From contig CAYRIY010000008.1 of the NCBI GenBank assembly GCA_964424335.1, forward strand, positions 1 through 61,577: 61,577 nucleotides of DNA, written 5' to 3'. The position numbers were made by a program, and so were the translations under genes. Numbering within the stretch: position 1 is the stretch's first letter; each line of letters opens with the position of its first letter. The notes under the pieces were generated by a model. The model saw nothing but the letters and a program-made list of their open reading frames with translations. It searched no databases and was not told the DNA's origin. This DNA comes from an uncultured Clostridia bacterium. Lineage in GTDB: Bacteria > Bacillota > Limnochordia > DTU080 > RSA5. Below, piece by piece: positions 1 through 12,131 of this stretch.

Positions 1-1117
1 TCGCCGTGCCCGTAAGGGACGCTTCGGCGATCGATTTGACCGGCGGAAAATCGGCAGAAGTAAAGTATTCCGTGACGAGGCCGATCAAAAGACCGATGCC
101 TAGGCCCGCGGCGATCGAAAAGAAGACGCCCACGCCTTGGTCAGGAATAAGGTTGACGGAAAAGATGTACGAACCGATCAACGCGAGAGCCGCAGCGCCG
201 AAGGTGCCAAGTTTTAGCGCTTGGTGGGGCTTGTTGCGGGTGCCGAGCCGCACGAGGAACGTCGCCAACACGGATGCTACGATTCCTACTGCCGAGATCA
301 TGAGCGGCAGCCCGACGTAACCAAAGAAACCTGCGCCCTTGGAGGCCGCAATGGTCGCCCCGATCGCCATGGCTGCGATGACGGAACCCACGTACGATTC
401 AAATAGGTCCGCGCCCATCCCCGCGACGTCGCCGACGTTGTCACCGACGTTGTCGGCAATCACCGCTGGATTGCGCGGGTCATCCTCGGGGATGCCTGCC
501 TCGACTTTGCCGACCAGGTCGGCGCCTACGTCCGCGGCCTTGGTGTAGATCCCGCCCCCCACTCTGGCAAAGAGAGCGATGGAGCTCGCTCCCAGGCCAA
601 AGCCGGTAATGATGTTGAAGCTAGCCGCGTCCGCGACGTCGCCGAACAACACCACCATCACACCGATGCCCAGGAGTCCGAGACCTACGACCGCCATCCC
701 CATGACCGCACCGCCTGAGAAGGCCACCGTGAGCGCCTTCGCAGCCCCGTTGCGGGCTGCGCTGGCCGTGCGGACGTTGGACATGGTTGCGGACTTCATT
801 CCGATGAATCCTGCAAGACCCGAACAGATGGCTCCTGCCAAAAAGGCGATGGCCGTCTGGGGACGCAAGGTTTCCGAGGGAGTCGCGAGCCCAACCGCGA
901 ATATGATCGCTGAGAGCACTATCACAAAGATCGCAAGGCTCCGGTACTCGCGGCGCAAAAACGCCATTGCGCCCTCGTGAATTGCGTCTGCCAACTCGCG
1001 CATCCGCTTCGTACCCGCGTCCATGCGCCGAACGGACGCAAAGAGGTACCAAGCAAAGAGCAAGGCGACTATGCCCGCGCCGATTGCGCTTTGCGCCGAA
1101 CTCGCCATGGTGTCCAT
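1..1117 (-). CDS. hppA: Membrane-bound ion-translocating pyrophosphatase, 5' part only (runs off the window edge)
   Basis: Not in the ORF track. Manual translation from ATG 1117 (GGGGGA RBS): MDTMASSAQSAIGAGIVALLFAWY...IHEGAMAFLRREY...GGGIYTKAADVGADLVGKVEAGIPEDDPRNPAVIADNVGDNVGDVAGMGADLFESY, the canonical mPPase motifs. Confidence 0.95.
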   Translation of the reverse strand, partial: MDTMASSAQSAIGAGIVALLFAWYLFASVRRMDAGTKRMRELADAIHEGAMAFLRREYRSLAIFVIVLSAIIFAVGLATPSETLRPQTAIAFLAGAICSGLAGFIGMKSATMSNVRTASAARNGAAKALTVAFSGGAVMGMAVVGLGLLGIGVMVVLFGDVADAASFNIITGFGLGASSIALFARVGGGIYTKAADVGADLVGKVEAGIPEDDPRNPAVIADNVGDNVGDVAGMGADLFESYVGSVIAAMAIGATIAASKGAGFFGYVGLPLMISAVGIVASVLATFLVRLGTRNKPHQALKLGTFGAAALALIGSYIFSVNLIPDQGVGVFFSIAAGLGIGLLIGLVTEYFTSADFPPVKSIAEASLTGTA

Positions 1118-1197
1118 CTGAATTGTTTCCCCCTAGGCTTCTGGATCGACTCGAAAAAGGACAAGGCTCCCCGACCAGCTTGTCCCGAGCCGCTTGA

Positions 1198-1419
1198 TTA
1201 GATGACGATCGTGAGCGCAATCGAAAGGACCATGAACAACACGGCGATCAACGTCGTCGCGCGCTCCAAGGTCCGGTCGATCCCTCGCGCCTTGTCGAAA
1301 AACATCTGCGCGCTGCCGCCGATCGATCCTAAGCCCTCGCCTTTGCTCTTTTGCAAGAGGACCACAGCGATGAGTGCAATCGAAACCAAAAGTTGAAGAA
1401 CCATGAGCGCCGTCGCCAT
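1198..1419 (-). CDS. secG: Preprotein translocase subunit SecG
   Basis: 73 aa, two hydrophobic helices, VLLQKSKGEGLGSIGG motif, usual position after eno, GGAGG RBS. Confidence 0.95.
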   Translation of the reverse strand: MATALMVLQLLVSIALIAVVLLQKSKGEGLGSIGGSAQMFFDKARGIDRTLERATTLIAVLFMVLSIALTIVI

Positions 1420-1457
1420 GCGCCTTCGCCTCCCAATTGTCTAAAAAACATAAGCGT

Positions 1458-1487
1458 ATTTTAACACACGGCCCTGCGTAGTGACAA
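1458..1487 (-). promoter_or_regulatory. SigA-type promoter for secG(-hppA)
   Basis: Minus strand TTGTCA-18 nt-TAAAAT, with TG extended -10 (TGtTAAAAT). Confidence 0.65.
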
Positions 1488-1499
1488 CACAATCGACCG

Positions 1500-1529
1500 A
1501 AATGGAAGGAGCGCCGGCGGCGGCGCTCC
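1500..1529 (-). terminator. Probable intrinsic terminator after eno
   Basis: Perfect 9-bp stem GGAGCGCCG/CGGCGCTCC with a 4-nt loop, followed on the minus strand by TTCCATTT (imperfect U tract). Confidence 0.55.
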
Positions 1530-1571
1530 CCAAACGAGTGCAAGTGCAAGTATGCCGCGCGGTAAAACGCG

Positions 1572-2873
<1,302 letters not shown>

Positions 2874-2898
2874 TCAATCAATTCTCTAACGCGATCGG

Positions 2899-4443
2899 TC
2901 AGCGCACAAACAAGGTTGCGCCGTCCATTTCGTCTGGCTTGTCTAATCCAAGGATGTCGAGTATGGTCGGCGCAAGGTCGGCCAGCCGACCATCGCGAAG
3001 CTTTACGATCTTTTGATCACCTACGTAGATGCACGGCACCTGGTGGAGCGTATGGTAGGTGTGGGGGCCGCCAGTCTCGTAGTCGATCATCTGATCGGCG
3101 TTGCCGTGATCGGCCGTCACGATTGCTTCGCCGCCCGCTGCCCGCACCGCCTCGAGGACGCGCCCCACGCATGTATCCACGGTCTCAACCGCCTTGACGG
3201 CGGCTTCAAACACGCCCGTATGCCCGACCATGTCGCAGTTCGCGAAGTTGAGCACGAGGAGTTGGTACGCCCCCGTTCCAAGCTCGCGAATCGCCGTCTC
3301 GGTTACTTCAAAGGCGCTCATCTCAGGCCTCAGATCGTACGTGGCGACCTTTGGAGAAGGGATCAGCCGCTGCTCTTCCCCTGGGAACGGTTCATCCCGG
3401 CCGCCGTTGAAAAAGTAGGTGACGTGCGCGTACTTCTCCGTCTCGGCAATGCGCAGTTGCCTCATTCCAGCGGCAGCGACGACTTCGCCGAGCAAATTGC
3501 TCATGTTCTGCGGAAGAAACGCGTACGGAACGTCGAACGCCTGGTCGATCTGGGTCATCGAGGTGAAAGAGACGTTCGGCGGCGCATCGCCTCGATCAAA
3601 CCCGTCGAAGTCGGGAAAGATGAGAGCCCGCGTGAGCTGGCGCGCCCGATCCGTACGGAAGTTCGCGAAAATGACACTGTCTCCGTCTTGGATTTGAGCG
3701 ATCGGGCGACCTTGTTCCACGATGACGGTCGGGGTGATGAACTCGTCGGTTTCGCCCCGTTCGTAGGCTGCTTCGATCGCTTCCAGAGCGCTCGAAGCCG
3801 TCAACCCGGCCCCGCGCACGACCGCGTCGTACGCTTTTTTCGTCCTCTCCCAGCGCTGATCGCGGTCCATCGCAAAGTACCTTCCGCTCACGCTCGCGAT
3901 TTGTACGTCCGCCGGAAGGAGCGCCAAGAGCTCTTGAAACTGATCGCGCGCACTCATCGGCGGCACGTCCCGCCCGTCGGTGAACGCGTGCAGGTACACG
4001 TCCTTGACGCCGCGATCTTTGGCAAGCTTGGTCACGGCGGCGACGATGCGCGAGTGGCCGTGAACGCCTCCCGGCGACGTGATGCCGAGCACGTGCAGCG
4101 CTTTGCCTCGCTTCGCAGCGTCATCGGCGGCCTTTGTCAACACGGGGTTGGCGAAAAAGCTCCCGTCGTCGATCGCATCGAGGATGCGAAGCACGTATTG
4201 CTTTACGATGCGCCCCGCCCCGATGTTCAAGTGACCCACATTGGAGTCGCCCATCTGGCCGTCCATGAGGCCGACGTCCCGCCCGCTCGCCGCCAACTTG
4301 CTCCACGGGCGCGACGCCATCAGTGCGTCGAGGACGGGCGTCTTGGCCGCGTGGACAGCGTTCCCTTCCGCAGACGGATTGAGACCTAGGCCGTCCATGA
4401 TGATCAATGCCGCCAACTTTGGGCTTTCGGCCAATCGACTCAC
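2899..4443 (-). CDS. gpmI: 2,3-bisphosphoglycerate-independent phosphoglycerate mutase
   Basis: IMDGLG, GQMGDSNVGH, AETEKYAHVTYFFNGG, DMVGHTG, TADHGN; glycolytic operon context. Confidence 0.97.
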   Translation of the reverse strand: MSRLAESPKLAALIIMDGLGLNPSAEGNAVHAAKTPVLDALMASRPWSKLAASGRDVGLMDGQMGDSNVGHLNIGAGRIVKQYVLRILDAIDDGSFFANPVLTKAADDAAKRGKALHVLGITSPGGVHGHSRIVAAVTKLAKDRGVKDVYLHAFTDGRDVPPMSARDQFQELLALLPADVQIASVSGRYFAMDRDQRWERTKKAYDAVVRGAGLTASSALEAIEAAYERGETDEFITPTVIVEQGRPIAQIQDGDSVIFANFRTDRARQLTRALIFPDFDGFDRGDAPPNVSFTSMTQIDQAFDVPYAFLPQNMSNLLGEVVAAAGMRQLRIAETEKYAHVTYFFNGGRDEPFPGEEQRLIPSPKVATYDLRPEMSAFEVTETAIRELGTGAYQLLVLNFANCDMVGHTGVFEAAVKAVETVDTCVGRVLEAVRAAGGEAIVTADHGNADQMIDYETGGPHTYHTLHQVPCIYVGDQKIVKLRDGRLADLAPTILDILGLDKPDEMDGATLFVR

Positions 4444-4446
4444 CCC

Positions 4447-5205
4447 TTAAAAGCGCACAATTTCCGCAAATGACGAAGCGTCGAGGCTAGCGCCGCCTAC
4501 GAGAGCTCCGTCGATGTCGCTCTCGCGCATGAACGCGCCGATATTGTCGGGTTTGACGCTTCCGCCGTACTGGATGCGCACGTCTTGGGCGAGTTCCTGG
4601 CCGATCGCGTCTGCAAGTGTTTGGCGAACCAGCTTCGCGACCCGATTGGCCTCGTCGCTCGTTGCCGTCTCGCCCGTTCCGATCGCCCAAATCGGTTCGT
4701 AGGCGATCACGAGTCGAGAGGGATTTTCGAGCGTCAGACCGTCTGCGATCGCTTTGACTTCCCGCACGATCACGTCCTCAGTCATCCCTGCCCGACGTTC
4801 CTCGATCGTCTCGCCGACGCATGCGATTGCGCTCATCCCTTTGGCAAGCACGGCGTCCAGTTTCTTTCGGACGTCCCCGTCGGATTCGCCAAACATCTGC
4901 CTGCGCTCGGAATGCCCTAGGATCACATATTGACAGGACAAGTCTTTCAACATGGCCGGGGAGACCTCGCCGGTGTAAGCGCCTTCATCCTCCCAATGGA
5001 CATTTTGCGCCCCGAGCTGGATCCCCGTCCCTTTGAGCACCTCACCGACCGACTGCAGCGCAGTGAATGGCGGGCAGACCACGATCTCGACGGTTCTCAC
5101 GTCATCCGCGACGAGCACCTTCAACTGCTTGGCAAGGCGCACGGCTTCGCCGACCGTCTTGTGCATCTTCCAATTTCCTGCAATGATGGGCTTTCGCAAA
5201 ACCAA
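4447..5205 (-). CDS. tpiA: Triosephosphate isomerase
   Basis: RKPIIAGNWKMH, LGHSERR, AYEPIWAIGTG, YGGSVK, LVGGASL. TTG start near 5205/5199 after AGAAGGGGG. Confidence 0.98.
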   Translation of the reverse strand: MVLRKPIIAGNWKMHKTVGEAVRLAKQLKVLVADDVRTVEIVVCPPFTALQSVGEVLKGTGIQLGAQNVHWEDEGAYTGEVSPAMLKDLSCQYVILGHSERRQMFGESDGDVRKKLDAVLAKGMSAIACVGETIEERRAGMTEDVIVREVKAIADGLTLENPSRLVIAYEPIWAIGTGETATSDEANRVAKLVRQTLADAIGQELAQDVRIQYGGSVKPDNIGAFMRESDIDGALVGGASLDASSFAEIVRF

Positions 5206-5286
5206 AGACAGCCCCCTTCTATACCGAAACTTTGGCGCGCGGCTCTTTTCTTGCGCGGCCTGTGCGTTCGTCTCCGGCAAGACGCG

Positions 5287-6471
5287 CTACCGATCGAGCA
5301 GCGCCACAACGCCCGGAAGCGCCTTGCCCTCGAGAAACTCGAGGCTCGCGCCGCCGCCCGTCGAAATGTGCGTCATCTTGTCGGCGAGGCCCGCCTGCTG
5401 CACGGCCGCCGCCGAGTCGCCGCCCCCGATGATGGTGAGCGCGCCTGATTCGGCCATGGCGGCCGCGACCGCGTTGGTTCCCGCAGCGAAGGCCGGCATC
5501 TCAAACACGCCCATCGGACCGTTCCAGACGACCGTCTTCGCCGAGCGCACGATGTCCGCGATGCGGTCTCGCGTCTTTGGACCGATGTCCATGCCTTCCC
5601 AATCGGCCGGAATCTTGTCCGCATCGACGATTTGCGTTGCTGCGTCCGGTCGGAAGTCGTCGGCGACCACCACATCCACCGGGATGACGATCTTATCGCC
5701 CGCAGATTGGAGCAGCTCGGCCGCGAGCCCGACATGCCCTTCATCGAGCAGGGATTTGCCGATCTCATACCCTTTCGCCTTGAGAAAGGTGTACCCCATG
5801 CCGCCGCCGATGACGAGCGTGTCCACCTTCGGGATGAGATTTTGAATGACGCCGATCTTGTCTTTGACTTTGGCCCCTCCGAGGATGGCCACAAAAGGCC
5901 GCTCGGGGGCTTCGAGCGCGCCGCCCAAAAACTCGAGCTCGCGGGCGAGCAGCAGACCGGCCACCGCAGGCAGGTGTCGCGCAACGCCCTCCGTGCTCGC
6001 GTGGGCCCGGTGGGCGGCCCCAAACGCGTCGTTCACGTACACCTCCCCGAGCTCTGCAAGGGCCTTTGCAAAGTCTGGATCATTTGCCTCCTCGCGAGGA
6101 TCAAAACGCACGTTTTCGAGGAGGAGCGCCTCGCCGGGCGCGAGCGAACAGGCAGCGCTGCGTGCCTCTTCGCCGACGCACACGTCGATCTTCTTCACTT
6201 CGCGTCCAAGCAATGCACTGAGCCGCTTTGCGACGACATCGAGCCTGAGCGACTCGTCCACGCCTTTTGGCCTGCCCAAGTGGGACATCAAGACGACGGC
6301 CGCACCTTGTTCCAAGAGGTAGTTCAGCGTCTCGAGCGAGGCCGTGATGCGCGTGTCGTCCGTGATCTCGCCGTCATCGATCGGCACATTGTAGTCGACG
6401 CGGCAAAGGACCCGCTTATTCGCGACGTCGATGTCCCGCACGGTCTTTTTGTTGATCATTCCCTGTCCCAC
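5287..6471 (-). CDS. pgk: Phosphoglycerate kinase
   Basis: [51 protein letters not shown]. Confidence 0.98.
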   Translation of the reverse strand: MGQGMINKKTVRDIDVANKRVLCRVDYNVPIDDGEITDDTRITASLETLNYLLEQGAAVVLMSHLGRPKGVDESLRLDVVAKRLSALLGREVKKIDVCVGEEARSAACSLAPGEALLLENVRFDPREEANDPDFAKALAELGEVYVNDAFGAAHRAHASTEGVARHLPAVAGLLLARELEFLGGALEAPERPFVAILGGAKVKDKIGVIQNLIPKVDTLVIGGGMGYTFLKAKGYEIGKSLLDEGHVGLAAELLQSAGDKIVIPVDVVVADDFRPDAATQIVDADKIPADWEGMDIGPKTRDRIADIVRSAKTVVWNGPMGVFEMPAFAAGTNAVAAAMAESGALTIIGGGDSAAAVQQAGLADKMTHISTGGGASLEFLEGKALPGVVALLDR

Positions 6472-6496
6472 GCTTTCGCCTCCATCGCTCTTGGAC

Positions 6497-7525
<1,029 letters not shown>

Positions 7526-7593
7526 TCATCCAGTTTTGCATGCATCCAACTTGCGGCCCAACAAGGGGGGCCTGCAAGAAAGGCGCCTTCCGA

Positions 7594-8622
7594 TTAGTGG
7601 CGCTCGAGCCGCCGCAACATCTCGAGGGCTGCGCCTTCATCCGTGATGTACACGTCCTGATTTTGTGTGGACAACACGGCCAGGGCGGCTTCCGCTTTCG
7701 AACGCCCGCCGCCGACCGCCACCACCAACTCGACGCTCTCGAGATCCTCGAACCGCAGGCCGACGCTGCTCGTGGTAAAGACGATTCGACCGGCCCGGTC
7801 GAAGTAATAACCGAATGCCTCGCCGACCGCCTTCCGCTCGTTTAAGAGCTCGACGTACTCGGGCGCAAGCCCCCGCCGCCTCGCCATCTCCTCTGCGGTG
7901 CCGATCCCGTGCAGCACGACTCGGGCAGAACGAATCAGCTCGATCAACTCTTTGATCTTCGGCTCCATCGATATCGTGCTCATCGCCTCTTCGCCCAAGT
8001 CGTCAGGCACGTGGAGCAGGCGGTAGGTGCCGCCCAAGCGATCAGCGATCGCCGCGGCAACGGCATTCGCCTGTAACTCGACTTCCTCCCCGAGACCGCC
8101 CCTCGCCGGCACTACGACGATATCCTTGGGCAGCGACGCACTCGGCAGGCTCAGTGCCACTTCGGCAAGGGTCGAACCACCGGTAACCGCGACGACGTCG
8201 TTCGCCTTGAGGGCATTTTTCAAAAACTCCGCCGTCTTGTGGGCGATCTCCTTTTTCACCGTCTCATCGGTGTCAGAGTCCCCGGGAACGACCATGACCT
8301 GCTTGAGGTTAAGCCTCGTGGCGAGTTCACGCTCGATTTCGGTGAGTCCGTGGAGCTCCCGGATGATCTCCTTGAGATCTTCCAAGACCTGCTCGCCGGT
8401 TGACGAAATCGACATTCCGGCCGCATCGGACATGAGGAGTCCGGCGTCGCGCAAAAAGTCGATCTCCTTGCGCACCATGCGCTCAGGCCACCCGAGTTGC
8501 CCCGCCAAGGCCCGCCGTCCGATCGGTTGCGCAAACACCACGCTTTGCAGCACCGAGTGCCGACGCTCGACTAGGTCTTTGATCTCAGGCGCCAACTTTC
8601 TCAAAACCGAAAGCTGCTTCAT
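7594..8622 (-). CDS. cggR: Central glycolytic genes regulator (SorC/DeoR family)
   Basis: QPIGRRALA HTH, AVTGGSTL, VPARGGLGE, EAFGYYFD; directly upstream of gap. ATG 8622 after GGAGG. Confidence 0.93.
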   Translation of the reverse strand: MKQLSVLRKLAPEIKDLVERRHSVLQSVVFAQPIGRRALAGQLGWPERMVRKEIDFLRDAGLLMSDAAGMSISSTGEQVLEDLKEIIRELHGLTEIERELATRLNLKQVMVVPGDSDTDETVKKEIAHKTAEFLKNALKANDVVAVTGGSTLAEVALSLPSASLPKDIVVVPARGGLGEEVELQANAVAAAIADRLGGTYRLLHVPDDLGEEAMSTISMEPKIKELIELIRSARVVLHGIGTAEEMARRRGLAPEYVELLNERKAVGEAFGYYFDRAGRIVFTTSSVGLRFEDLESVELVVAVGGGRSKAEAALAVLSTQNQDVYITDEGAALEMLRRLERH

Positions 8623-8687
8623 GCCAGAACCTCCAACAAGAGCGCCCACCTGAAACGTTCATCTCCGATCGTGACGCGTTCCGTCGG

Positions 8688-8727
8688 CGGGATCGTATCG
8701 GTCCCACCCATACGTATTGGTGTCCCT
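8688..8727 (-). promoter_or_regulatory. CggR operator (two GGGAC direct repeats)
   Basis: Minus strand GGGAC-accaatacgtatgggt-GGGAC-cgatacgatc, repeats 21 nt apart in the cggR leader; resembles the CGGGACN6TGTC direct-repeat CggR site. Confidence 0.65.
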
Positions 8728-8774
8728 CTGTGATCAAAAAAATAGAGCCAGCGCGGGCGGCGACTTCGGGCAAT

Positions 8775-8804
8775 GGATTCTACCCACTATTTTCATATTC
8801 CTTC
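8775..8804 (-). promoter_or_regulatory. SigH-like promoter for the cggR-gap operon
   Basis: Minus strand GAAGGAATA-12 nt-GTAGAAT, matching RNAGGAWWW-N11/12-RNNGAAT. Confidence 0.55.
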
Positions 8805-8839
8805 TTCGATGCGGCTGACCACATAAGAGCCACGTCGCA

Positions 8840-9763
8840 TCAATTCATCCTTCTCTTCTCATGTTCGGCCGCGAGCGTCATCAATTGCTTCATTCGATAG
8901 CTCACACCCGACTTGCTCACGCGAGGGGTCACGATTTCACCTAGTTCTTTCAAAGACGCGTAAGGGTGCGCGAGCCTCGCCTCCGCGAGAAGTCGAAGCG
9001 ATTGCGGAAGCTCCTCAAAGTCCTCGCTCCGAAGGAGCAATTCGATCGCTTCGATCTGCCTCATGCTCGCATTGATCGTCTTATCGACGTTCGCCGTTTC
9101 GCAATTGACCAAGCGGTTGACGCTGTTTCGCATCCCCTTTACGATCCTGACATTCTCATACTCCAATACCGCTTGGTGGGCTCCCATCAAACTAAGCAGG
9201 CGGACGATTCCGTCACTCTCTTTGATGTAGACGCTGTAGCCGTCTTTCCGCACCGTCACTTTGGCGACGACGTCGACCAGCGACATGCACGCGACGATGG
9301 AGTCGGTCGCCTCTTTTCGATCCAAATTCACTTCCAGGTGGTACGCCTTGGCCGGACTCGAGACGGAACCTCTCACGAGATAGGCGCCTCTAAGGTACGC
9401 CCTCCGACAGCACGTGGATTCGGGGACACCACTGCCGTTCAAATCGCCGACCGCCCGGCCGACGCGGCGCAAGACCTCGGCCCCATCGGCGCTCAGCCGC
9501 ACGTGGTAGCCTCGCTTGGGCGGCTTGTGGCGGCTCCTCGAGACACTCGAAGAGCCTGGGCCCGCGACTCGTCTCATCAGGAGGTACACGACCCTCGCGA
9601 CCGCCGGATGGCCGACCGAAACCTCGAGTTCGTCGCCTGGCGGCTCCCAGCCGCAACCGATGTTCTCCGCCCTGAAGATGCCGGCGAGCTGGGCGGCGGC
9701 GCAACACGCCTCTTCGGGCACGATGCGAGCCAATTCCACCCTTGTCTCAGATGAAAACGACAT
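8840..9763 (-). CDS. whiA: DNA-binding protein WhiA
   Basis: MSFSSETRVEL, CCRRAYLRGAYL, YHLE, VNRLVNCETAN, SLKELG...SKSGV; rapZ-yvcK-whiA synteny. Confidence 0.95.
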   Translation of the reverse strand: MSFSSETRVELARIVPEEACCAAAQLAGIFRAENIGCGWEPPGDELEVSVGHPAVARVVYLLMRRVAGPGSSSVSRSRHKPPKRGYHVRLSADGAEVLRRVGRAVGDLNGSGVPESTCCRRAYLRGAYLVRGSVSSPAKAYHLEVNLDRKEATDSIVACMSLVDVVAKVTVRKDGYSVYIKESDGIVRLLSLMGAHQAVLEYENVRIVKGMRNSVNRLVNCETANVDKTINASMRQIEAIELLLRSEDFEELPQSLRLLAEARLAHPYASLKELGEIVTPRVSKSGVSYRMKQLMTLAAEHEKRRMN

Positions 9764-9845
9764 CGTCTTGTTCCCCCTCTGGCGGTCCTTTAGCGCGGCT
9801 CTCGCTTGCCAAGTAAGGCAATCTGGCGGTCGCGCGCAAAAAAGG

Positions 9846-11147
9846 TCAGCGCGCGCCCGCGTGACTGCGACTTAGCACCTCGATCAACACCTGCGCGAGG
9901 CGCTCCGTGTTGTGCCGCACGTAATTTGAATCGTCGATGAGGTCTTCGACGATCGGTATGTATCCCGCGCTCTCGAGCTTTTCAGGTTCGGGATCGACGG
10001 GGAATGCGCCTTCGCTCTCGTACTTCGCGGCAGCGCCGTGCGAAATGCCGGCCCCGTTGAGGATCACGTACTTGATGACGCCCTCGCCGACGTGGTCCTC
10101 GATGGCGCGGACGTGGTCGTATCCGCCGTACCCGTCCGTCTCCCCGGGCTGAGTCATCACGTTGCAGACGTATATTTTGGTCGCGCTCGCCTTTTTGACC
10201 GCTTCTCCGATCCCACCCACGAGCAAGTTGGGAAGAATGCTCGTGTAAAGGCTCCCGGGTCCAAGGATAATCGCATCGGCGCGCCCGATCGCGTCCAGGG
10301 CTTCCTCCAATGGGGCGACGTCATGCGGCTCGAGGTAGACCCGCTTGATCCGCTTTCCAACCGCCGCAATCGCGCTCTCGCCGGTCACCGTTGAACCGTC
10401 GTCGAACTCGGCCCGCAAGACGACATGCTGAGACGTGCTTGGAAGCACCCGTCCTCGAATCGCCAACACCTTGCTCGACGCGCGGACCGCTTCCTCGAAA
10501 TCGCCCGTCACTTCGCTCATGGCTGCGATGAACAAATTGCCGAAACTGTGGCCTTTGAGCCCCTCGCCCAAGTGGAACCTGTGCTGGAACAATCGCTCCA
10601 TCAAGGGCTCCGTGTCCGCAAGCGCGACCAGTGTGTTGCGAATGTCCCCGGGCGGCGGAATGCCGAGCTCGTTTCTGAGGCGGCCGGAACTGCCCCCGTC
10701 ATCGGCCACGGTCACCACGGCCGTAATATTGGACGTATAGGCCTTAAGGCCGCGCAGGAGCGTCGACAACCCGGTGCCGCCGCCGATGACCACGATGTGC
10801 GGCCCTCGGCGGAGCTGGCGCTCGGCGAAGACGATGTCCGCGAGACGATCGGCGCTTTCTGGAAGAAAAATCAATATGAGGGAGCGAATCGTCTGTCTAA
10901 TGCCGATCGTAACGAGCCCGCCGCCAATGACGGCCAAGGCGATGCCGAGCGGCAGTGACACCCGTTGCGGAAAGGCGCCGAACCAGCGCGACAAAGGCCT
11001 AACGAGCAGCACTTGTAGGAGCGTAAACACCTCGACGCCGAGCGCCAGGCTGGCGCCGACGCTGAACACCACGATGCCGCAGCCCAGTAGAAAGAGCCAC
11101 CGCTTGACCCGCATCCCCGGATAGAGCCACTTGAGTGCCGATCGCAC
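9846..11147 (-). CDS. yvcK: YvcK/GlmR (UDP-GlcNAc-binding gluconeogenesis factor) with an N-terminal membrane extension
   Basis: GGGTGLSTLLRGLK, VADDGGSSGRLR, PPGDIRN, GHSFGNL, GPGSLYTS, NVMTQPGET; two hydrophobic N-terminal segments. GTG 11147 after GGAGG. Confidence 0.93.
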   Translation of the reverse strand: MRSALKWLYPGMRVKRWLFLLGCGIVVFSVGASLALGVEVFTLLQVLLVRPLSRWFGAFPQRVSLPLGIALAVIGGGLVTIGIRQTIRSLILIFLPESADRLADIVFAERQLRRGPHIVVIGGGTGLSTLLRGLKAYTSNITAVVTVADDGGSSGRLRNELGIPPPGDIRNTLVALADTEPLMERLFQHRFHLGEGLKGHSFGNLFIAAMSEVTGDFEEAVRASSKVLAIRGRVLPSTSQHVVLRAEFDDGSTVTGESAIAAVGKRIKRVYLEPHDVAPLEEALDAIGRADAIILGPGSLYTSILPNLLVGGIGEAVKKASATKIYVCNVMTQPGETDGYGGYDHVRAIEDHVGEGVIKYVILNGAGISHGAAAKYESEGAFPVDPEPEKLESAGYIPIVEDLIDDSNYVRHNTERLAQVLIEVLSRSHAGAR

Positions 11148-11179
11148 GAAATGAGGGCCTCCTTGCCTGATCGGGGCGA

Positions 11180-12076
11180 TCAATTCGCCATATCGTATGC
11201 CGAGCGGTGATCCGAGACTTTTTCGATATCACGGTGCTGGACCCCCACCCGATACCCTTCCCCCTTGAGCATCTGCCCTAGCCGCTCGCCCATGGCGACC
11301 GATCGGTGTCGCCCCCCGGTGCATCCGATCGCTACCACGAGGTGCGCCTTGCCTTCCTGCTTGTACTGGGGCAGCAAGAAGAGCAGCATACTCCCCATCA
11401 TCTCAAAGAAGCGTTCAGATACCGGCCACTTGAACACGTAGTCGAACACGTCGTCGTCACGCCCCGAGAGCGGCTGGAGCGACTCGACGTAATGAGGATT
11501 TGGAAGAAATCGAACGTCGAACACGACGTCGGCGTCGATCGGCAAACCGTACTTGAACCCGAACGAGACGATCGAGACCATCAGTCCATCGCGTCCCGGG
11601 TCGCTGTAGTGCGTTGCGATTTCCCGCTGCAACTGCCGTGTGGAAATCGCCGAGGTGTCGATGATGCGGTGCGCGCGCCCCCGAATCCCTTCGAGCCGTC
11701 GCCTTTCGTCCGCGATTGCGTCCAAGATCGCGCCTTCGGGAGCGAGGGGGTGCCTGCGCCTCGTTTCTTTGAACCTCCGCACGAGCGTTGCATCGGACGC
11801 CTCCAAGAAGAGAATCTCGTATCCGAAGCCGATCCTTTCGAGTTCGCCGAGGGAGTCCTCGAGCGAATCGAAAAAGCGTCCTCCGCGAATGTCGGAGACC
11901 AACGCGATCTTGTTTACGGTTCCGTCCGAGTGAGCGCAAAGCTCGGCAAACTTTGGAATCAGCGCGGGCGGGAGGTTGTCGACACAAAAGAAACCGAGGT
12001 CCTCGAGGCACTTCATCGCCTCGGACTTGCCGGCGCCGGACAGGCCTGTGATGATGACGAACTTGATGTCGTTCAA
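11180..12076 (-). CDS. rapZ: RNase adapter RapZ / YvcJ P-loop protein
   Basis: ITGLSGAGKS, VDNLP, RFKETRRRHPL, SFGFKYG, DVRFLPNPHY, GCTGGRHRSV. Confidence 0.96.
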   Translation of the reverse strand: MNDIKFVIITGLSGAGKSEAMKCLEDLGFFCVDNLPPALIPKFAELCAHSDGTVNKIALVSDIRGGRFFDSLEDSLGELERIGFGYEILFLEASDATLVRRFKETRRRHPLAPEGAILDAIADERRRLEGIRGRAHRIIDTSAISTRQLQREIATHYSDPGRDGLMVSIVSFGFKYGLPIDADVVFDVRFLPNPHYVESLQPLSGRDDDVFDYVFKWPVSERFFEMMGSMLLFLLPQYKQEGKAHLVVAIGCTGGRHRSVAMGERLGQMLKGEGYRVGVQHRDIEKVSDHRSAYDMAN

Positions 12077-12131
12077 GGGAAGAGCCCCCCAACCTATGTG
12101 GCGAAACTGGCGATCTGTCCATCCTTCTCAA

